From Eledone cirrhosa (taxonomy: Eukaryota), in NCBI GenBank assembly GCA_964016885.1, contig OZ024743.1, positions 171,306,001-171,370,000 of the forward strand: DNA of 64,000 nucleotides, given 5' to 3'. Of this stretch, positions 53,590 through 64,000 are shown one piece after another (within the stretch, counting starts at the first letter, position 1; each line of letters opens with the position of its first letter). A program made the translations under genes and the position numbers. The notes below the pieces were generated by a model. That model was not told the DNA's origin and searched no databases. It saw only the letters and a program-made list of their open reading frames with translations.

Positions 53590-56500
53590 TTGGAAAAGAA
53601 AAGAAGTTGTCATCCCTTGAATCGCAAGAATGTTTTGCAAATTTTGAAGGTGCCAGCTATCGCAGCCATTTGTAGACTATGAATTAGGGAGCTGCGCTTT
53701 TTGCCCGCAAATCCAAGTTCAGTCATACTTTGGTCCAAGCGGTTTGGTATATAACCCGTAGCTCCAATAATGATGGGTATGAAGCTAAAGGTGTATCTTG
53801 GATACTGGATTTGTAAACTCCTCATCAATGGTCCGTAGATGTCCTCCTTCTCCTGTATTTTTCTGACAACGTTTACATCAAATGGGCAGCTGATCTCCAC
53901 AACAGAACACGTTTTCAATGTGTGGTCCCAAACAACAATATCAGGCCGGTTGTGCTTTAATTTGGTGGCAGTTTTTATTTTCAGGTTCCACCAGTATTCC
54001 TTAGTGCCATCTGTCTCAATATATTCTTCCTCGTTTGTTGTTAATTTTGTTTTCCGAAGTGCGTTCCAGATGGTTCTAGCTATCCCATCGTGTCTCATGG
54101 GGGGGGGGGGGGTAGTAGCGAGATGACATTCTTTCGCAGCTGGCAACAATGTGGCTTACATCCTCGATCTTTGTTTTACATAGCCTACATTTATTGTCAG
54201 CTGCTGGCCCTCCCCTTTTGTGCAGCAGATATTTGGTAGGGAGTTCTTGTTCCTGTATTGCATAGAGATATCCTTCAAGGTGTGATGTCATAAACTTGTA
54301 GGAACTCCATGCCAGGCTTTTTGAGTAGTTTATCCCTCTATTCTCTGTGTTTTACGTCTCAAGTATCCATGCACAACTTTTTCTGTAAATTGGTCAATTT
54401 TTTCATCTTGTTTGAACATTGAATAGGATCTTCCTATTTCTCTGGGTGAGAGATTTATATCAGGCTTTATTCCATATCTCTCCTCCAGATCAGTCGCTAT
54501 TCTAATGATATTTTTTTTTCATGCTCATAAACCTGGGCAAGATGGTTGCCAACCTTTTTTCTCTGTTGAAGGTGTTGCTTCAGTGTTACTATCCGGGTCT
54601 CATATGTTGTTAATATGGATTTTAGAACCCCCCGGTCATCTTCCTTGCGTGAGAAGTATAGCCTATCCACATCACCATTGATGTTAAAGTTCCCAGTAAC
54701 ACTGAGAAGTTTGCGAGTTCTAACATCCATCTCACTTAGTTCTTGCAATGACCAGTTCAGCAGGCCAAATGTTGGCGTTAGAATTGGCACAGCATAAGTA
54801 TTGTGGGCAATGTATTTGTTGTACGCTGACAATTCTGATGACCATATTTTCTTTACTCTTCTGAGGTATTCAGTTCTGGTTCTCTCCTTATTTATGGGTC
54901 CATCATATCTGACATTCTCATCCTGTCGAAGATATCTGTAGTTGTCACCTGACTGCAGAGGTTGTATTGTCAGGCCGTTCATCTCTATATTTCTAAAGGA
55001 GGGCACAGCTCTTCCACGTTTTACTGCCAAATATGCACATTTGGACTCACCAAATTTCATTTTGATGTCTGTTGAAAATTGTGTAATGAGGTCCAATTGT
55101 TTCTTGATGTCATTGATATTTGGCCCATACAACTTCAGGTCATCAACAAAGAAAAGATGGGAGATACTTCTGGACCCACTTCTTTGTCCACCTTGTTTCC
55201 TGAGTAGGTAAGATAGTGGATTTAGTGAGAGAACGAAGAGTAGCACTGACAAGCTATCACCCTGAAAGATGCCCTTCAGGTAATGTATCTTATCAGTCTT
55301 AAATTGCTCCTTCTCACCTCTAAGGATCAAATTGGTGTACCAGTTCTTGGTCAGGCGTTCAACAGCAGCTACCAATGGTTGTGGGACTTTGGCTAACTGT
55401 AAAGCCTTAATAATCCACCCATGAGGTACACTATCAAATGCTTTTTGATAGTCCAGCCACACGACAGTCATGTTTCTGCGATTCTTTGTTGTTTTTTCCT
55501 GAATCATTTTATTATTTAGTAGGTGATCTATGCAACCTCACACCTCCCTCTTTCCACCAGCTTGCTCAGGTGTTATGATGTTGTTGGTAGCACAGTGATC
55601 CTGTAAGAACAGGTTAAGGCACCCAGTATATAATTTATAAATGATGTTTTGGCAGGCTATTGGGTGGTAATTTTTAGCAAGGGTGGTTTGGCTATTTTGG
55701 CTATTTTGGCTATTTTTGGCTATTTTGTGTGCCTTTAATGGTTTCTGTAAACAGCCGTATGAAATCTTGTGGATAGAAAGTGAAATTCTTCAACCAGTAT
55801 CCTGTAATGAGGTCTGAGCCTGGTGATTTCCTATTCGACATTTTCTGTAGAGCTGTTTCCAGTATTGACCCATCTATGTCATATTGTTTTGTCTGGACAT
55901 GTTGGCAGTAGTCCTGTTCCAGTTCTTTTAGCCAATTAGTTTGTCTCTTGAATCCGTCATCCGTTTTCCATACAGATCTCCAGTAGCTCTCAACCTATTT
56001 TGAAGGGGTGTCATTTACAGGGATTGAGCTTTTGCCACCGAAGCTGCGATAAACTGATTTAGGATCTCTGGCAAACAATCTATTTAGCACTTGTCGTTTA
56101 TGTGCTGTTGACTTATATTTTAGTCTTTCTGTTGTAGCTGTGAGTTGTTGTTTTTTTAATTTCGCATCCACGCTGGTTCAGGCTTTTTGTTTGTATCTTG
56201 ATAGCGTGGTTTTAGATGTGTGTTATATGATAACAATGTGACAGCTGAAACATATAACAAAATGTTAAGCGTTTCAAATGTCGTTTCTACACCTTTAGAT
56301 CATATAGCCTTCAGATAATTGCCAGCTATTTCGTTCACCGCTTCCAATTCCAATTTAGTGGGTTCTTTACTGATTCTGGTGTTGTATGGTCTGTCACTCA
56401 CATTAAGGCTGTGTATCTCTTGAAACATATCGTCCCATATCACTTGTAAGATGTCCACAAGTTTTTGGTGTTCTGTTTGTACAGTAGAGTCATGCATTTC

Positions 56501-57570
56501 AGCCTCGTTGTTGATGTGGTGACAGTTACTACTAGAGTTAGCTGACCATTCTCGCTGTTCTTCAGTGGAAGTGGGATGGATTTCAGCAAAATTGTTGGTG
56601 AGCTGTTCACTGTTAGATTTAGCTGGCCATTCTCTTTGTCTGTCAGTGGAAGTGGGGTGGTTGTCTACAAGGGCTGTATTTGTAGTATCACTCAATTCCG
56701 TTAGATGTATCAATTTACATCTAATGATACGTTTTGCCTGTTCATTTAAATGCTTTGGAGAAAAGTCTAATTCTGGGTGTTTGGAGTTCCATAAAGTGTT
56801 TAGCCTTTGCATAAAACCGAAATTTGGGGGTTCAGATTGTTTGTATGCTTCATATAATTCTTTGTTAAGCTCGTAGCTCCACTGTGTACAACGGTTGTAG
56901 TTGCGATTTGGTCGAAGGAGACTTGTACTTTTTGCCATGATGAGTTCGTCTATTCGCTAATATTTCGTATTTATTTTTCAAAATAGTCGATGATCTTTTT
57001 AAAAGTTTCGACAAAATTCTGTCAGAATCAAATTTAAAGTTATTCACAGCTTGGGTAATATTTCTTTTCGGTTAGTTTTTAATTCTACAACTGTGTTTTA
57101 AACGTTGTTCTTGAATCTTTTGAATCGAGAACAAAAAGAACCGTTACTTAGTATATTTCTTTATGAATGTAATATAATATAACAACGCTGTATTTATATG
57201 TTAAAGTTTATGTATCATTCATATAAATAGGTGTTCTACAACTTATTCACAACATATTCACAGTTTAAACACTTATGTTTTTGTTTCTGAATCGAAAACG
57301 ATACTTGTATATTTCTTTATAAATGTAATATAACAACGTTGCATTTGTATGTTAAAGTGTATGTATCGTTCATATATCATAAGTGTATCTATCGTTCATA
57401 TAAATAGGTGTTTTACAACACACTTACAGTTCAAACACTTATGTAAAATTATTGTATGTAATCTTACCGCGTAATGTAGCTCAACTTTTTCCAATATATG
57501 GTATGTTGCCTTCATGTAAGCCGTAATTACACACGTCCGATTATCGGACACTGACCACAACGGTCGCCAT
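53590..57570 (-). mobile_element. Decayed second R4/Dong-family RLE retrotransposon
   Basis: WSYELNKELYEAY..GFMQRL..LW, WLDYQKAFDSVPH, GIFQGDSLS, HLFFVDDLKL, AIQEQ, CRLCKTKIEDVSHIVASC, RHD, RPDIV..EISCPFD. Multiple frameshifts; the 5' limit is uncertain. Confidence 0.88.
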
Positions 57571-57794
<224 letters not shown>

Positions 57795-60700
57795 TATTTC
57801 TTTATTAGCCACAGGGGCACAAAAGAAGGGGACAAATACAAAGGGGGAAGTTTACATACAATAAAAACGTGTAAAATGTTATCACAAATGGAATTTAAAA
57901 AGTTAGTCGATTTTCCCCAATAGAGGGAGACAGTTTATATGGGTAACACATACCCCCGAAAAAAAATGTGCAACCCTCATCTCCAGGAGTACGAAGAGTT
58001 TGTACTTCTTTCCTCTCCTCCTCCTTTTCCCCAACCTACAGGCTAATATAGAGAGAAGGCCCATTCACTCGGGCCATTCTCGCCACTTTCACCCACCTTT
58101 CATAAAACTTGCTGGGGTACAGCACCTCTCTCTCCATCCTGATTCTTCTTCCAAAGTGGTATTTGAAAAAAAGAATCAGTTGTTGGCCGGAGAGAAAGGT
58201 GTCTGACCTCAGCCCTTTCAACCTTGTCCACCATACAACCTCTTTCGCCATAGCTATCACACAAAGGAAAACCGCCTCTCCTTCGTTTTTGAAGGAGGGT
58301 GGTGGTTTGATCATGACAATGGATTCGGTGGTCAACTGGATTGGTCCCACCCGCGACAATAGTCGTTCTACATAGCCCCACAGGTCAGTGACGCCCGGGC
58401 AGTGTATGAATGCGTTCGCGACGGTTTCTTCGTCTCGCACGCACCTCGGACAGATCTTTTTTGCAGGGTCCCTGCCCGGGCGCCCATGTCTGTAGAGCTT
58501 GTCTCGAACTGGTAGAGCTCCTCGGTAGCACTGCCAGGCCAGGGACTTTTGGAAGTTGTCCATCGGTCCTGGGCGGAAGGTCCTACCTAACAGACTGGCC
58601 AGTTCATCTTCCTCTACGCCGAGAGTTTCACCGAGCGCGTCGTCGCACTTGCTGCGGACCAACCCTCTATAGAATGACGAAGTGGAGTCTCCACTGATCG
58701 CCGGGTCCGCCTGCCAGAGGGCTGTGAGCGCCTGAGCACATTCGATGTGCCAGTCGCCCATTTTCCTAGGTCTTTGCTTGACCCAGGACTGCAGCTCGGT
58801 CAGCGAGACGAGTCGTGGGAAGGCTCGCCTCACGAACGGGGCCCACACCGGTTGTCCGGTGAGGAATACGTAGAGATGTCGCAGCCTGAGCGCGTGTTTG
58901 CGCATCGTCAACCACGGCATCCCCAGCCCTCCTTTAGAAGGGTGTTGGCAGCAGATGGATCTTCTCACCAAAGGAGCCCGCCTCTTCCAAAGGAATCGGA
59001 AGAGCGCGCGCTCCATTTTGGCGAGCGTTTTGGCTGGACAAGGCACGACGGTCAAGCGGTAGTAGATGGCGGACGCTATAAAAGTGTTCGCCACCTCCGC
59101 TCGACCTTTCAAGGATAGTTTGCACTCGGCCCACTTATGGGTGAGTGCAAACACCTTGGCCGTCACTTCGTTCCAGTTCTTCTCCACCTGGAGGTCCGGA
59201 CCAAACCAGACCCCGAGCAGCTTTACCGGTCCTTCCGTCCAGCGCCCGACGACGCCATCGGAAGGCATCGGTCTGCCTCTCCACGATCCGAGTTGCAAAC
59301 CGATGGACTTGTCCCGGTTCAGCTTCGCTCCTGTGACACTTTCGTATTCCTTCAATAAGGTGCCGACTTCCTCGATTTGCGAGGCGCTCGACACCATTAC
59401 TGTCATGTCGTCGGCGTAGGCCGACGCCGCTTTCCGCAGTCCCAGTTCCAGAGGGATGCCCTGAAATAGCTCCAACTTCCGCAGTAGTGGCTCGAGAGTC
59501 AGTACGTACAGAAGGGAGGAGAGAGGGCATCCCTGTCGAATGGATCGCGTAATATGGAACGGATCCGAGAGGTAGCCGTTCACCTTGACCCTTGAGCAGA
59601 TGTTGCTGTTGTGCATTGCAGCAATCCAGCCCCTGAACACGGGTCCGAAGCCTGCCGCCTCGAGCACCGCATCCAGGTAACGATGGTCAACCCTATCGAA
59701 AGCCTTAGACTGATCCAAGTTGATCAGGGCCCCACCGAAGCCGGGTTTACACCCTACCCTCTCTATGATGTATCGCATGAGGTGGAGGTTGTCGTGTATG
59801 GACCTGGTCGGGATTGCGCATGTCTGCGCTTCTCCCACCAGGTTCTCGACGACAAGCGCCAGCCTCTTTGCCAACACCTTGGCCAAAATCTGTAACTCTG
59901 TGTTTAACAGAGTTATGGGCCGGAAGTTGCCTATGTCATCCCCCTTATTCTCGTCCTTCCTGATTAGTGTGACCACGCCCCCGGTTACAGAACTGGGAAT
60001 TCTCCCGTTCTGTTGCCAGTTGCAGTAGACTGCTTCCAGGAGACGGGAGAATAAGTCCGGCATTGCTACGTAAAATTCGTAGGGTAGACCGTCGAGACCT
60101 GGAGATTTGCGTTTGCCGCATTGGCTCAGCGCGTCCCCTATCCCAGTGGCTGAAATTGGCTTTTCGCAGAACTTTGCCTCGCTGTCCGAGAGTCGCGGTA
60201 GGCCGTCGAGGTATGGACCGAAATCCATAGCCTCTCCCGGCGCGCCGCTCCCCCCGAACAGCCGAGCAAAGTGCCGCTGAAAAGCCGCACACATCTGCTT
60301 CGGCTCACGTAAACGCTTTGGTCCTTCAAAGACCGAATCGTGGACTTGTTGCCACTTTTTGCCTCCGTCACTCGGGCCCAGCTAACAGCTTTGGCTCCCT
60401 CGTTTCCCAGAGCACGTATTTTGCTTCTGACAACGCAGCCCTCGTGCTTTGCGTCGAAGAACTGATTCAAGGCCGTTCTCGTTGCTAGCACGCTGGCTAC
60501 GTTGCCACTTCTAATTGCCTCTTCTACTTTATCTACCAGTTCCTTCTCGGTTCTATTTCTACCTAACGCTAATTCTTTACTAAAAACTATCGAGTCTAAT
60601 CTAACTGCCCTCTTGAGAGAGTACCACCATCTGTTGTTGACAATGGCCCCTGTCAAGTGCTGTTTAACTAAAGTGCTAATCCGTCCACTGTAGGCTTTGC

Positions 60701-61895
60701 TTGTCGGTAACGACAAGTTCAGCTTCCAGTAGCCGGGTCCTTGTCTATGGGTTCTATCAAGGTTGGCCATGCAGGTCACTAGTTTGTGATCTGAATAGGC
60801 AACCATGAACATTTGTGGACAGCTTAACATGTCCCTATCCTTATTTCTAACTAGAACCCTATCTAGGTACGATCTAGATGTTCCGCTACGATTACTCCAA
60901 GTCCACAGTGGCGCAGTCGGAAAATCTAGTCGATATCTATCGGCCAGGTCAAATCGGTCGATTAACTGTTTGAGGCTGTTACACCCCCCTTTATCGGGAC
61001 ATGCTCCCACATAGTCCCAACGTGCATCTACGATTCCATTCCAGTCCCCCACTAAAAGCAAGGAGCGGGACGTTCCCAGAAAAGTCTCTAGACGTTTGAA
61101 GAAGTCTGGCCGCGGTGTCCCGGATGGGGCATATGCGGCCACCAGCCTGAAGGCTCCACCTTCACTACCGTCAACGTCTAGGACCACTAGTCGACCCTCC
61201 GGGTCCAGATGTACCGTCTGTGTTACGAGGCCCTGGTGTTTCCGCAGCAAAACGGAAACTCCGCCCCCACCCGCCGGTTGACAGAGAGATGCGTAGATCT
61301 CAAAGTCATCGAAGATGGGGTCCAGCTGTCGCTCGCCGTGGATCCTGGACTCGCAAATGGCTACCACATCCATACTGTGCGACCTGAGGTCGTTTAAGAG
61401 TTTGCCCTGCTTCCAGGGCATCCCCAGGCTGCGTACGTTCACACATCCAACTCTTACATTGGCCATGTTGGTGCTTAAAAGTTAAAAGAGGAAAAGAGAT
61501 TACTCATCCTTCGCCTCCTGGGGACCAGGCCGCATGATTTCCATGGGGGTGTTGGAGGGGTTGTCTGGATGGGTGGTGGTTTCCGGCGGGGTGGGGACGC
61601 AGATGTTTGGTGGGGTGGGGTCTGGTGGGATGGGGGTATCTGGGGTGGGGAGGCATTTGAGAAGGACGCGGTTGAGTGGTTTCACGCAGGAATTACCCAC
61701 ATCCTTCTCAAATGTTTCTTTTAGGGACCTATAAGTTTGTATAGGGACCCTAATCAGTTTTAGGTTCAGTTTTTTGCTATTTTTAATAGAGTGGGCGAAA
61801 GTTTTCCCTTCGTTGAAAACCGAAGGGTCGTTCGTGATGGTCTCCATTAGTGTTTTGTTTTCAGTGTTTATGTAAGTGTAAGTGTAATTTTCTTG
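57795..61895 (-). mobile_element. L1/Tx1-clade LINE, 5'-truncated in ORF1; ORF2 nearly intact
   Basis: ORF1 tail at 61500-61895, then ORF2 APE-RT-zinc finger. The 3' UTR ends AATAAAGAAATATA into TA repeats. Confidence 0.9.
58036..61466 (-). pseudogene. L1/Tx1 ORF2 (APE endonuclease, RT, CCHC-like finger) with one frameshift near 60310
   Basis: NVRSL, GDWN, YLDR, SDH; KSPGLDG, DQSKAFD, IRQGCPLS, YADD; CPRC..EETV...HC. Confidence 0.88.
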
Positions 61896-61919
61896 ATATA
61901 TAGATAGATAGATAGATAG

Positions 61920-62238
<319 letters not shown>

Positions 62239-62894
62239 GAGACCACGGCGCCAAGCTATATATTAACGTGAAATTAATACTCACTCATGTATAAAACTAG
62301 TTAAAAACTTAAAGAAATATACCCAATACTTCGTATCTCAAACAATTATGTGGTTTATAAAATATTTATCTAATATCTGCTCCCCCGTATAAAACCTATT
62401 GCGTGGATTTAAACACATTCAAACAATATTTGGATATTGCTGTATAAGAAGATCTCAAACGAGCGGACATTACAGCAAGAAACACATATGAAGGAAGCAT
62501 CTCCACACACCATAGAACGCAAGCCGCATCAGCATTGATAAAAGAAGTGCACTACCACGATCAAAGCCAGTCGCCTTCAACATCTCCAATATCCGCAGTT
62601 TCCGGACAGCCATCTTCTTCTGCAAAATCGGGAATAGTGCACCCCACATAAGGTAGAATGGCTGATGTGACGGGTGTCGCTTACTGCTCTCCGCGGAATT
62701 ACTTTCGCCATGTTGTCTGCAAACAGTCAAAAGTGTAGAATATTTGCCACCCCTTTTCCCATTTTCCTTATTTAATTTTCCTATGTTTTCTCCATTCTTT
62801 TAATACTTTCATCATTGTATACCTCTGTTCAATAGTGAATTTATTCCAAATATAAACAAGAACTATCGAGTAAATAAGTAAAATGGTCTATAAT

Positions 62895-63060
62895 CTGATT
62901 TAGGCATAAGGCCAACAATTTATGAGAGGGGAATGTCGATTAAATGGACCCTAAAGGGCAAAGCTAACCTCAGTGGGATTTGAATTCAGAACGTAAAGGG
63001 ACGTAACTCTGCCGCTGCAAAGCATGTTGTCCGACGCTCTACCGATACTGTCAACTCACC
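62895..63060 (-). mobile_element. tRNA-derived SINE (same family as 864-1044), diverged
   Basis: GGCAAAGCTAACCTC..GGATTTGAATTCAGAACGTAA...CCGACGCTCTACCGAT on the + strand. Confidence 0.65.
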
Positions 63061-63098
63061 TCCCTCAAAATAGTCTATATAAAAGAAACTTGTTTTAC

Positions 63099-63203
63099 TT
63101 TTGTCCAGTATTCATCCAGTCTTTGAACATCTTAGTGGCATATTCCACTGCTTCCGGAATTTCTAGATTGCATGCTGCATTTAATATCAACCTTCTCATA
63201 TAC
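63099..63203 (-). CDS. Internal exon of an M1-family aminopeptidase (aminopeptidase N / ERAP / glutamyl aminopeptidase-like, C-terminal domain)
   Basis: Long polypyrimidine tract plus CAG acceptor and GTAAAA donor; 105 bp, phase 2-2. Open frame YMRRLILNAACNLEIPEAVEYATKMFKDWMNTGQ(K) matches the LR..IL..AC......V..A..LF..WM pattern of ERAP1_C. Confidence 0.72.
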
Positions 63204-63567
63204 CTGTTGAAAGAGAGGGGGAGACAAAGAAAGAGAGAAAGAGGATGAGCAGTAGTATGCTTGCAGTTGCACAAACAAATATATATATATATAATTCACA
63301 TAAAATATATAGAAACTTATAGTGTTAATGAATGTTAATTTTTCTTTTATTTGTATATCTCATGTAAATGTTTCTCATAAAAATATGAAAGATTGCTACA
63401 CACAAATATTTATACCTTCTTGTGTAATATATATAGACGCACAATCATTTACAAAATCTCTATAGGTTTGTCATTTAAAGGTTGTACTCAGCGGAGTTTT
63501 GTACTATACCTGTGTAAACATTGTGTCTGAAAAGTATGTAAGCATTTACAAGGAAACAGTCTATTTG

Positions 63568-63660
63568 GACGCAATGTGGCTGAATGGTTAAGAAGTTCGA
63601 TTCACAATCTTTAAGGTCGCGGCAACTCCGTAGCATTTTAAGCAAATATCATTCTCCATA
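63568..63660 (+). mobile_element. Old tRNA-SINE head
   Basis: GTGGCTGAATGGTTAAGAAGTTCG (A-box-like) followed by a CORE-like remnant. Confidence 0.45.
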
Positions 63661-63714
63661 GTCAATGGCTTTTAATACGACTGCCAGTAAAATTTCCTTT
63701 CCCCAAAATGGCAG

Positions 63715-63925
63715 AGCCTCTGTTCAAATTTGAACAGAGGGTTTGCCATTTTTAGGGGGAAAGGAAATTTGATTAAATCAATCCCACTATTCAACTGATA
63801 CTTTACTTTAGTGACCCCGGTAAAATCAAAAGCAAAGTTGACTTCGGATGGATTTGAACTCAGAACATTAAGACCCGTAACTAAATAAAGGAAAGCATTT
63901 TGTCCAACGTTCTAACGACTCTATG
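63715..63925 (-). mobile_element. tRNA-derived SINE, diverged
   Basis: GACCCCGG..GCAAAGTTGACTTCGG..GGATTTGAACTCAGAAC...TCCAACGTTCTAACGACTC. Confidence 0.6.
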
Positions 63926-64000
63926 AATACACTAACTTTTGGAGTGATACAATAATGCTAATATTAGAGAAAAACACAAAATGTAAGAATAAAAATATGT

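Overview
Eukaryotic, AT- and microsatellite-rich genomic DNA. The SINE content and (TA)n/(CA)n density suggest a coleoid cephalopod such as Octopus (inference). The only host coding sequence I can support is a 105-bp minus-strand exon (63099-63203) resembling the C-terminal (ERAP1_C-like) domain of an M1 aminopeptidase. I found no downstream exon, so nearly the whole window may be one intron. From about 1.27 kb to 62.2 kb the sequence is an almost continuous nest of transposable elements separated by (TA)n/(TAA)n tracts. It contains: a deleted mariner; two head-to-tail R4/Dong RLE retrotransposons (one intact) plus a decayed second R4 family; two L1/Tx1 LINEs; an intact CsRN1-type Gypsy with identical, non-canonical TG...AA LTRs; RTE fragments and an RTE-derived ~600-bp non-autonomous family; tRNA-SINEs; and at least 8 families of Penelope-like elements (PLEs). 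The most striking pattern is in the PLEs. Nearly every PLE insertion is a back-to-back (5'-to-5') inverted pair whose two 3' ends face outward and stop at ATAT/TATA microhomologies with (TA)n. Most PLE families also carry their own hammerhead ribozyme, including a U3-A8 core variant. All calls were made by eye; boundaries are approximate unless motifs are quoted.
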